64,000 nucleotides of DNA from Marinilabiliales bacterium (GTDB lineage: Bacteria; Bacteroidota; Bacteroidia; Bacteroidales; SZUA-534): contig DOTG01000004.1 of the NCBI GenBank assembly GCA_003512955.1, positions 54,087 to 118,086 on the forward strand, given 5' to 3'. The notes beneath the pieces were generated by a model that did not search any database, was not told the origin of the DNA, and worked only from the letters and a program-made list of their open reading frames with translations. The translations under genes were made by a program, and so were the position numbers. Shown one piece after another: positions 55,991-64,000 of this stretch (positions are counted from its first letter, which is position 1; the number at the start of each line of letters is the position of its first letter).

Positions 55991-56889
55991 TGGAACTGTA
56001 TCATACACCTGTTTTATTGGAACAAAGCATCGAAGGCCTTGCGATTAAACCCGATGGAGTTTATGTGGACTGTACCTTTGGCGGAGGCGGCCATTCACGG
56101 GCTATCTTATCGAAACTTACCACAGGTAAACTCATTGCTTTTGATCAGGATGCCGATGCATTAGCCAATCAACCCGAAGATGCCCGGTTGATATTGATTC
56201 AAGGGAACTTCCGCTATTTACGGAATTACCTGAAATACCAAAAGTTTGAGAAAATAGATGGGATTTTGGCCGATTTGGGCGTTTCGAGCCATCATTTCGA
56301 TGACCAAACCCGTGGCTTTTCGTTCCGTTGGGATGCCGCTTTGGATATGCGGATGAACCAGCATGCCACATTAACTGCACGGACGGTTTTAAATGAATAC
56401 GAGCCCCAAAAACTTCGCACCATCTTCCGGCTTTATGGCGAACTGAACGAAGCAGGACGGATTGTTCATTACATTGAAAAATACCGGGCAGAAAAACCCA
56501 TTGACACCGTTCCGCAATTCAAAGAACTGCTTGAACCCATCATGCCTCCAAAGGCCCAGTCGAAGTTACTGGCTAAAATTTTTCAAGCCCTCCGTATTGA
56601 GGTAAACCAAGAGATGGAAGCACTTAAAGAGATGTTGGAGCAATCGGTGGAGGTATTAAAACCAGGGGGCAGGTTGGTGGTCATCACCTACCATTCGTTG
56701 GAAGATCGGTTGGTTAAAAACTATATAAAAAACGGTCTTTTTGATGGGGAACCCGCTAAAGACCTTTACGGCAACGTGTCAGTTCCATTTGCATCGGTTA
56801 ACCGGAAGATTATTATTCCCGGTGAAAACGAAATTGAACAGAATAGCCGGGCACGGAGTGCCAAATTAAGGATTGCAGAAAAGATTTAA
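55990..56889 (+). CDS. rsmH: 16S rRNA (cytosine1402-N4)-methyltransferase
   Basis: 299 aa. HTPVLLEQSIEGL, DCTFGGGGHS, DLGVSSHHFD and ITYHSLEDRLVK. Confidence 0.93.
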   Translation: MELYHTPVLLEQSIEGLAIKPDGVYVDCTFGGGGHSRAILSKLTTGKLIAFDQDADALANQPEDARLILIQGNFRYLRNYLKYQKFEKIDGILADLGVSSHHFDDQTRGFSFRWDAALDMRMNQHATLTARTVLNEYEPQKLRTIFRLYGELNEAGRIVHYIEKYRAEKPIDTVPQFKELLEPIMPPKAQSKLLAKIFQALRIEVNQEMEALKEMLEQSVEVLKPGGRLVVITYHSLEDRLVKNYIKNGLFDGEPAKDLYGNVSVPFASVNRKIIIPGENEIEQNSRARSAKLRIAEKI

Positions 56890-56891
56890 TT

Positions 56892-57266
56892 ATGGCGAAA
56901 GAGGAAAAAAACGGTTGGAGTTTGACAGGAAAAAATGGGAAGAAAAAAATCCCCATCAAATCTATCCTCGATGGCAGCATCTTGACCAAAGATGTGGTGC
57001 TGGACCAGTTGCCATTTATCCTGTTTCTGACTTTTATGGCAGTAATGTATATTGGAAACCGGTACCATGCCGAGAAAATTTTACGCGAAACCCAAAAGGC
57101 TCACACCGAGCTGGGTGAAATGCGTGCCGAATCAATTACCACAGCATCCAAGCTAATGAACATCAGCAAACAATCGGTGGTAGCCCGCATGGTGAAAGAA
57201 AAGGGCCTCGAACTGAAAGAGGCCGTGAAACCTCCAAAAAAATTGATGGTCGATGGCGACGAGTGA
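56892..57266 (+). CDS. ftsL: FtsL-like cell-division protein
   Basis: 124 aa with a single transmembrane helix (LPFILFLTFMAVMYIG) followed by a coiled segment. It sits between rsmH and ftsI. Confidence 0.6.
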   Translation: MAKEEKNGWSLTGKNGKKKIPIKSILDGSILTKDVVLDQLPFILFLTFMAVMYIGNRYHAEKILRETQKAHTELGEMRAESITTASKLMNISKQSVVARMVKEKGLELKEAVKPPKKLMVDGDE

Positions 57267-59373
57267 AAACAGTACCCGGAAAGAGATTGTTACCCGCATG
57301 GGAATTGTCTATGTGGGCATCGTGATATTTGGTCTGCTTGTAGTCACCCGCATTGTTTATCTTCAGGTAGTAGAGCATGACAAATGGATAAGTTCCAATA
57401 ACATCACACCCAAAGACATTACCATTGAACCGGATCGGGGGGACATTTTAGCCCACGACGGCCGGTTATTGGCCACTTCGGTTCCTTACTATGAGGTCCG
57501 TTGGGATACACGCTGCGACGCATTGACCAATTCCATTTTTAACAAGCACATTGATTCATTGGCGCTGGGATTATCGAGTATTTTCCGCGATAAATCGGCT
57601 CAACAATATAAAAGCCTATTAGTGAAAGCCCGTTACCGTGGCGACCGTTATTTATTAATTAAGCGCAGGGTGGATTTTGTCCATTTAAAAAGGCTCAAAA
57701 GGTTACCCATTTTTCGATTGGGGCAATACAAAGGAGGACTCATTGTCATTCAGGAAAATTTGAGAGTACAACCTTTTAACGACTTGGCCAGCCGGACTAT
57801 TGGCTACCAGGGAAAAGGGGGGACTACGGTTGGTATCGAAGGGGCGTTTGACGAAGATTTAAGTGGTGAAAAAGGGGTCCGGTTGGTACAGCGGATTGCC
57901 GGCAATTATTGGATGCCTGTAAGCGATGGCAACGAGGTGGAACCCCGCAATGGATATGACGTGATATCCACGCTTGATATTAATTTGCAAGATGTGGCCC
58001 ACGACGCCTTAAAAGATCAACTTCAACGACATGGTGCCAGCCATGGTGTTGCCATTCTTATGGAGGTGGAAACAGGTGATATTAAAGCCATGGTCAATCT
58101 GAAAAAAGAGGGCGACGGCTATTACTCCGAGCAATTCAATTATGCCATTGGTGAACGCACTGAACCCGGATCAACTTTTAAGTTAGCCTCGTTAATGGTG
58201 GCACTGGAAGATGGGTACATTGAATTGAACGATATGGTTGAAACGGGTAAGGGATCGGTTAAATACCACGACATTGTGGTAAAAGATACTAAGGAAGAGG
58301 GCTATGGGAAAATCAGCGTGAAACAGGTTTTTGAATATTCATCAAACGTGGGGGTATCAAAAATTATTACCAAAAATTATAAAGGAAATGAGGAAAAGTT
58401 TGTGAAAGGGCTAAAAAGGATGTCGCTAACCGAAGGACTCGACCTTGCCATTAAAGGCGAAAGACCCCCTTATATCAAATTTCCGGATGATAAATTGTGG
58501 TCGGGGGTTTCGCTGGCACAAATGTCGTATGGGTATGAGGTAGAGCAAACCCCTTTACAGATTCTGACTTTTTACAATGCTGTGGCCAACGATGGTAAAA
58601 TGATGAAACCCCGCTTTGTGAAAGGTATTGCCGACCATGGGGAGATGATAAAAACCTTTAGCCCCGAAGTAATAAATTCTTCCATCTGTAGCCGTTCCAC
58701 CATCAAAAAGGCAAAAATGATGTTGGAAGGTGTGGTAGAAAAGGGAACCGCACAAAATCTAAGAAACGCCAACTATAAAATAGCTGGCAAAACAGGAACA
58801 GCACAGATTGCCAATAAAAAATATGGCTATAAATACAACTCACAAACCAGTTATCAGGCTTCGTTTGCAGGGTATTTCCCGGCCGATAACCCAAAATACA
58901 GTTGCATTGTAATAGTTAACGCACCTTCGAGTGGGGTTTATTACGGAAATTTGGTTGCAGGTCAGGTTTTTAAAGAAATTTCGGATAAAGTTTATGCCAC
59001 CCAATTCGAACTGCACGATGAAATGAAGTTGGCACGGAACGAGGAACAGAGCATTCCCTACACCCGAAAAGGATCGCGTAAAGAGTTGGAATTGGTGCTC
59101 GATGAACTGGATATCCCCACGGAAGATCTGGGAGTGAATTCAGATTGGGTGATTACCGAAAAACAAAAATCCGCCGTCAGGCTCCACAACAGATACATTA
59201 CCGATAATCTAGTCCCCGATGTGGTTGGAATGGGTGCCAAAGATGCTCTTTATATACTTGAGAATATGGGCTTGAGGGTGATAATCCGTGGCCGTGGTGC
59301 AGTGACCTCACAATCCATTGGTCCTGGAAACCGGATTCAAAAAGGAGATAAAATTTATTTAAAACTGGGATAG
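57253..59373 (+). CDS. ftsI: Penicillin-binding protein (class B transpeptidase, FtsI/PBP3)
   Basis: 706 aa. It has a transmembrane anchor, the transpeptidase motifs STFK (GSTFKLAS), SSN (YSSNVG) and KTG (GKTGTA), and a C-terminal PASTA-like domain. Confidence 0.9.
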   Translation: MATSENSTRKEIVTRMGIVYVGIVIFGLLVVTRIVYLQVVEHDKWISSNNITPKDITIEPDRGDILAHDGRLLATSVPYYEVRWDTRCDALTNSIFNKHIDSLALGLSSIFRDKSAQQYKSLLVKARYRGDRYLLIKRRVDFVHLKRLKRLPIFRLGQYKGGLIVIQENLRVQPFNDLASRTIGYQGKGGTTVGIEGAFDEDLSGEKGVRLVQRIAGNYWMPVSDGNEVEPRNGYDVISTLDINLQDVAHDALKDQLQRHGASHGVAILMEVETGDIKAMVNLKKEGDGYYSEQFNYAIGERTEPGSTFKLASLMVALEDGYIELNDMVETGKGSVKYHDIVVKDTKEEGYGKISVKQVFEYSSNVGVSKIITKNYKGNEEKFVKGLKRMSLTEGLDLAIKGERPPYIKFPDDKLWSGVSLAQMSYGYEVEQTPLQILTFYNAVANDGKMMKPRFVKGIADHGEMIKTFSPEVINSSICSRSTIKKAKMMLEGVVEKGTAQNLRNANYKIAGKTGTAQIANKKYGYKYNSQTSYQASFAGYFPADNPKYSCIVIVNAPSSGVYYGNLVAGQVFKEISDKVYATQFELHDEMKLARNEEQSIPYTRKGSRKELELVLDELDIPTEDLGVNSDWVITEKQKSAVRLHNRYITDNLVPDVVGMGAKDALYILENMGLRVIIRGRGAVTSQSIGPGNRIQKGDKIYLKLG

Positions 59374-60830
59374 TGAAAAAGTTGGAATACCTATTAGAAG
59401 GAATCAAAACCAATTCAGTGGTGGGCCAGACCAACATTGAAATTGGAGCTATTGAATTTGATTCGCGTAAAGTAAAAAAAGGCGACCTGTTTGTGGCCGT
59501 AAAAGGATCTGCTGCCGATGGCCATCAATTCATCAGTGCAGCAATTGGCAAGGGTGCTACAGCAATTGTATGCCAAGACTCACCAGCCCAAATCCCTTCA
59601 GGGGTAACCTGCATTTTGGTGGACGATTCTGCAAACGCACTGGGAGTGCTGGCATCAGAATTTTATGGAAAGCCCTCCGAAAAACTGAAACTGGTGGGGG
59701 TTACCGGAACCAACGGCAAAACCACCACGGTCACGTTGTTGCATCAATTATTTATCAAATTGGGGTACAAAGCGGGTCTTCTCTCGACCATCCGGAACTT
59801 AATCCATGATAAAGCCGTGGACGCTACCCACACCACTCCCGACCCGGTTCAGTTGAATGAATTGCTGGCCCGGATGGTGGCTGCCGGTTGCGATTATTGC
59901 TTCATGGAAGTCAGTTCACATGCCGCCCATCAGCAACGGATAGCCGGGTTGCATTTCAGTGGTGCGGTTTTTAGCAACATCACCCAGGATCATCTGGACT
60001 ATCATAAAACATTTGCTGAATACATCAAAGCCAAGAAATTGTTCTTCGACGGGTTAGATGGCAGCGCGTTTGCCTTGGTGAACAGCGATGACAAAAACGG
60101 TTCTGTCATGCTTCAGAATACCAAAGCAGCCAAACATACCTACGCCCTGAAAAGTATGGCTGAGTTCCGTGGAAAGGTACTCGAATCGTATTTGGATGGC
60201 ATGTTGGTAGCTTTTGACCAAACGGAATTATGGACCCGGTTTATTGGCGGCTTCAATGCTTACAATTTATTGGCGGTATATGCTACGGCCCTGCTTTTAA
60301 AACAAGACCGCGAACAGGTCATCCAGGCTCTCAGCAACCTGAACCCTGTAGATGGTCGTTTTAATTACATCCGCTCAAAATCAGGAAAATTGGCCATTGT
60401 GGATTATGCCCATACCCCGGATGCACTGGAAAATGTTTTAAATACCATCCGCGACATCCGCGAAAGCGACAACCAGATTATTACTGTGGTTGGGGCCGGC
60501 GGAAACCGTGACAAAACCAAGCGCCCGCTAATGGCCGAGGTTACTGCAAAACTGAGCGACAAAGTGATTCTGACTTCTGACAATCCAAGAAACGAAAACC
60601 CCGAAGACATTATTCAGGAGATGCGCCAGGGGGTGTTACCTCCTTATAATAAAAAGCTGCTGGCCATTACCAACCGCAAGGAGGCAATCCGGACTGCCTG
60701 CATGATGGCAACACCCGGAGATATTATTTTGGTAGCCGGCAAAGGACATGAAACTTATCAGGAAATTCAGGGTGTGAAGCACCATTTTGACGACAAAGAG
60801 ATTATTAACGAAATATTTGGAGAAGAATAA
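59373..60830 (+). CDS. murE: UDP-N-acetylmuramoyl-L-alanyl-D-glutamate--2,6-diaminopimelate ligase
   Basis: 485 aa (GTG start). [10 protein letters not shown], the C-terminal DNPRNE motif of DAP-adding MurE, and VAGKGHE. Confidence 0.92.
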   Translation: MKKLEYLLEGIKTNSVVGQTNIEIGAIEFDSRKVKKGDLFVAVKGSAADGHQFISAAIGKGATAIVCQDSPAQIPSGVTCILVDDSANALGVLASEFYGKPSEKLKLVGVTGTNGKTTTVTLLHQLFIKLGYKAGLLSTIRNLIHDKAVDATHTTPDPVQLNELLARMVAAGCDYCFMEVSSHAAHQQRIAGLHFSGAVFSNITQDHLDYHKTFAEYIKAKKLFFDGLDGSAFALVNSDDKNGSVMLQNTKAAKHTYALKSMAEFRGKVLESYLDGMLVAFDQTELWTRFIGGFNAYNLLAVYATALLLKQDREQVIQALSNLNPVDGRFNYIRSKSGKLAIVDYAHTPDALENVLNTIRDIRESDNQIITVVGAGGNRDKTKRPLMAEVTAKLSDKVILTSDNPRNENPEDIIQEMRQGVLPPYNKKLLAITNRKEAIRTACMMATPGDIILVAGKGHETYQEIQGVKHHFDDKEIINEIFGEE

Positions 60831-60832
60831 CT

Positions 60833-62083
60833 ATGTTGTATTACCTGTTTGAATACCTTGACAAGCTGAATTTTCCAGGTGCCGGGATGTTCCAATACAT
60901 TTCGTTCCGTTCAGGAATGGCTATTATTTTCTCGTTACTTATCGCGCTCATTTATGGTAAAAAGGTCATCCGGTTGCTGCAACGGATGCAAATCGGGGAA
61001 GAAGTGCGCGATCTTGGGCTCGAAGGTCAGATGCAAAAGAAAGGGACCCCAACCATGGGTGGAATTATCATTCTGGGTTCCATTGTCATTCCGGTATTGC
61101 TCTTTGCCAAACTGCACAACATTTATATTATCCTGATGCTGATAACCACTGTTTGGCTGGGTACCATCGGTTTTATCGACGATTATATCAAAGTGTTTAA
61201 AAAAGATAAAAAAGGACTGGCCGGCCGTTTTAAAATCATGGGTCAGATTGGTCTTGGGTTGATTGTTGGGTTGACACTCTATTTTAGCGAAGATGCTGTT
61301 ATCCGCGATACCCATTTGACAAGCAATATAAAAACGGAGATGGTGATTCAGGAAGAATCGTTTGGTATTGATGAATCGGCCAAGCATCCAATGGATGTAA
61401 AATCGACCAAAACCACCATTCCTTTTTTTAAAAACAATGAGGCCGACTATGCCGGGCTGGTAAAATTTCTGGGCGAAGGAGCCTCTAAAAACTGGGCTTG
61501 GGTGGTATTTGTAATTGTAGTCATCTTTATTATTACCGCCGTAAGTAACGGTGCCAACATGACTGATGGCCTCGATGGTTTGGCCACGGGAACTTCCGCC
61601 ATTATTGGGGTCACACTGGGGATTCTGGCTTACCTTTCGGGTAACCTGATTTATGCCAATTACCTGAATATCATGTACATTCCACATACAGGCGAATTGG
61701 TGGTATTTGCTGCTGCATTTATGGGCGCCACCGTAGGATTTTTGTGGTACAATTCCTATCCGGCGCAAGTATTTATGGGCGATACGGGTAGTCTGTCGTT
61801 GGGCGGAATTATTGCTGTTTTTGCCATCCTCATTCATAAAGAACTGCTGATTCCCATCCTTTGCGGGATTTTCCTTGTCGAAAATCTTTCGGTAATGATG
61901 CAGGTCTCCTATTTTAAATACACTAAAAAGAAATTTGGTGAAGGACGGCGGATTTTCAAAATGGCTCCCCTCCACCACCATTACCAGATAAAAGGTTTTC
62001 CGGAGGCTAAAATCGTGACCCGGTTCTGGATTATTGGAATCATACTGGCTGTATTAACCATTGTCACTCTTAAAATCAGGTAG
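60833..62083 (+). CDS. mraY: Phospho-N-acetylmuramoyl-pentapeptide transferase
   Basis: 416 aa. [32 protein letters not shown] and APLHHH. Confidence 0.95.
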   Translation: MLYYLFEYLDKLNFPGAGMFQYISFRSGMAIIFSLLIALIYGKKVIRLLQRMQIGEEVRDLGLEGQMQKKGTPTMGGIIILGSIVIPVLLFAKLHNIYIILMLITTVWLGTIGFIDDYIKVFKKDKKGLAGRFKIMGQIGLGLIVGLTLYFSEDAVIRDTHLTSNIKTEMVIQEESFGIDESAKHPMDVKSTKTTIPFFKNNEADYAGLVKFLGEGASKNWAWVVFVIVVIFIITAVSNGANMTDGLDGLATGTSAIIGVTLGILAYLSGNLIYANYLNIMYIPHTGELVVFAAAFMGATVGFLWYNSYPAQVFMGDTGSLSLGGIIAVFAILIHKELLIPILCGIFLVENLSVMMQVSYFKYTKKKFGEGRRIFKMAPLHHHYQIKGFPEAKIVTRFWIIGIILAVLTIVTLKIR

Positions 62084-62087
62084 CCCG

Positions 62088-63431
62088 ATGGAACCTCAAA
62101 AATACATTGCCATATTGGGAGCCGGCGAAAGCGGCGTGGGTGCAGCGGTTTTGGCCAAAGCCAAAGGATTCAATGTGTTTGTTTCCGATTTAGGAAATAT
62201 TACCGATGCCTACAAAGCCGAACTCAACGCCCATCAAATTGAATGGGAAGAAAACCAGCATTCGGAGGAGAAGATTCTGCAAGCTACAGAAATCATCAAA
62301 AGCCCGGGTATTCCCGACAAAGCACTGTTGGTAAAGAAGGCTGTTGAAAAGGGCATCCCCATCATCTCCGAAATTGAATTTGCTGGTCGCTACACCCAAG
62401 CCTTTATGATTGGCATTACAGGGAGCAACGGGAAAACCACCACCACGCTTTTGACTTTCGATTTATTAAAACGGGCTGGATTCAACGTTGGTCTGGCCGG
62501 GAATGTGGGAAAAAGCTTTGCACGCCAGGTGGCTACTGAAAATTTCGACTATTATGTGCTTGAGCTGAGCAGTTTCCAACTCGATGGCATGTATAGTTTT
62601 AAGGCCGATATTGCTGTTATAATGAATATTACCCCCGATCATTTAGACCGGTACGAATACAAGTTTGAAAACTATGTGGCATCTAAATTCCGGATTATCA
62701 GGAACATGACTAAAAATCAGAAACTCATATTTTGCCAGGATGACGAAGTGGTGGTTGCAAGATTAAAAGAACTGAATCCTGACATTGAACTTTTGCCCTT
62801 TACGCTTTCCCAGAAGATTAAAAATGGGGCGTATGTAGATGGAGAACAAATGGTTATTAAACTTCATAACAACGAATTTACTATGGATATTAAGGATTTA
62901 GCACTACAAGGTAAGCACAATACCTACAATTCCATGGTAGCTGCTGTGGCCGCCAATGTTCTGAGCATCAGAAAAGAAACAATCCGCGATTGCCTAACCA
63001 ATTTTCAAGGGGTGGAACACCGGCTGGAACCTGTTATTTCGGTGCATAAAATTGAGTTTATCAACGACTCAAAGGCCACCAACGTAAACTCTACATGGTA
63101 CGCCCTCGAAAGCATGAAAAAACCTGTCATCTGGATTGTTGGCGGAGTTGATAAAGGTAACGACTATACTTTACTGATGCCTTTGGTTAAAGAAAAGGTG
63201 AAAGCCATTGTCTGTCTGGGGGTTGATAACTCAAAACTTCGGACAGTATTCGAGGGAAAGGTAAAAACGTTGGTCGAAGCCCGTTCTATGGAGGAAGCTG
63301 TGCGAGCTTCCTACCTTCTTGGAACCAGTGGTGATGTGGTACTTTTATCGCCAGCCTGCGCCAGCTTCGATTTATTCCAGAATTATGAAGACCGGGGCCG
63401 GCAATTTAAACAAGCAGTTCGGAATCTTTAG
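62088..63431 (+). CDS. murD: UDP-N-acetylmuramoylalanine--D-glutamate ligase
   Basis: ORF 62061..63431. I prefer the start at MEPQKYIAILGAGESG (62088), after the mraY stop. GITGSNGKTTT and NDSKATN. Confidence 0.92.
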   Translation: MEPQKYIAILGAGESGVGAAVLAKAKGFNVFVSDLGNITDAYKAELNAHQIEWEENQHSEEKILQATEIIKSPGIPDKALLVKKAVEKGIPIISEIEFAGRYTQAFMIGITGSNGKTTTTLLTFDLLKRAGFNVGLAGNVGKSFARQVATENFDYYVLELSSFQLDGMYSFKADIAVIMNITPDHLDRYEYKFENYVASKFRIIRNMTKNQKLIFCQDDEVVVARLKELNPDIELLPFTLSQKIKNGAYVDGEQMVIKLHNNEFTMDIKDLALQGKHNTYNSMVAAVAANVLSIRKETIRDCLTNFQGVEHRLEPVISVHKIEFINDSKATNVNSTWYALESMKKPVIWIVGGVDKGNDYTLLMPLVKEKVKAIVCLGVDNSKLRTVFEGKVKTLVEARSMEEAVRASYLLGTSGDVVLLSPACASFDLFQNYEDRGRQFKQAVRNL

Positions 63432-63456
63432 TAGTTAACTTTTAGTTGATACAATT

Positions 63457-64000
63457 GTGAAAGAGAAATTTTTAAGGAACTTCAAAGGAGACACCGCCAT
63501 CTGGCTCATCATCTTTCTGTTGGCTATCTTCTCGATGCTCACTGTTTACAGTGCCACAGGTACTTTGGCCTACCGCAAAATGGGCGGCAACACCTCCTAT
63601 TTCCTCTTTAAACACATGGCGTTTCTGGGCTTTGGTATCGGAATCAGCTATGTACTTCACAATGTATCGTATAAAATCTATTTTTCGCTATCGCAGTTAT
63701 TGCTTTACCTGAGTATTCCATTGTTAATCTGGACGTTATTCAAAGGGGTTAGCCTGAACGATGCTTCGCGCTGGGTCACTTTGCCGGGAACAGGTATTTC
63801 GTTTCAGGCCTCCGACTTTGCCAAGCTGGCGCTCATCATGTACATTGCACGGGTTTTATCGAGCAACCAGGAAAAGATTCACGAATTTAAGTCCGCCTTA
63901 AAACCTATATTGTTTTGGGTATTTGTCATTTGTGGACTGATTTTACCCGCCAACTTCTCAACGGCGGCCATGCTGTTTGCCATTTGCATGATACTTTTGT
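63457..64000 (+). CDS. ftsW: FtsW/RodA-family (SEDS) cell-division protein, 5' part only
   Basis: Open frame from GTG 63457, with an upstream in-frame TAA at 63436-63438, to the window edge. It reads VKEKFLRNFKGDTAIWLIIFLLAIFSMLTVYSATG...GISFQASDFAKLALIMYIARVL. Absent from the ORF track because no stop lies in the window. Confidence 0.85.
   Translation, partial: MKEKFLRNFKGDTAIWLIIFLLAIFSMLTVYSATGTLAYRKMGGNTSYFLFKHMAFLGFGIGISYVLHNVSYKIYFSLSQLLLYLSIPLLIWTLFKGVSLNDASRWVTLPGTGISFQASDFAKLALIMYIARVLSSNQEKIHEFKSALKPILFWVFVICGLILPANFSTAAMLFAICMILL

Noticed and set aside
60935-61981. 348-aa minus-strand ORF
   Set aside because: It is antisense to mraY, whose + strand product has all the canonical MraY motifs. 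The minus-strand translation is low-complexity with no motifs.

Overview
This is a chromosomal segment that looks like Bacteroidota. The clues are glsB/glsA-type lipid genes, a LytS-type TPR kinase, a long-form PurF, a SPOR protein, and the dcw order mraZ-rsmH-ftsL-ftsI-murE-mraY-murD-ftsW. Positions 1-30.8 kb and 50.5-64 kb are ordinary core genome: mfd, miaA, smpB, glpK, purF, tRNA-His, TerC, an FNR-type regulator and the dcw cluster. Between them lies a visibly AT-rich island of about 19 kb (about 30990-50465). I read it as an integron-type gene-cassette array. Eight elements of about 120-140 bp have attC architecture: an ...AAC left end, a GTTnnnn right end, and imperfect inverted repeats just inside both ends. 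They punctuate tightly packed, mostly + strand ORFs. The left border carries a decayed 3' remnant of a tyrosine recombinase that points into the array. No intact integrase is present, so the array is CALIN-like. The first and largest cassette is a 1493-aa orphan P-loop (STAND-like) NTPase with no recognisable effector, and it is my top candidate for an undescribed defence-type system. Other cassettes carry a DUF5343-like plus HEPN (Rx4H) gene pair, a DUF4143 AAA+ ATPase, several orphan proteins, a reverse-oriented TetR-fabF module, and a TetR-controlled Fe-S/DUF3179 module with a perfect 36-bp palindromic operator. Outside the island I note four 10-bp-phased AGTG(C/G) repeats upstream of mraZ, a dispersed intergenic repeat with two copies, a secreted ankyrin-MBL fusion protein, and a GNAT-ATP-grasp fusion. 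All family names come from reading motifs by eye. No database search was run.
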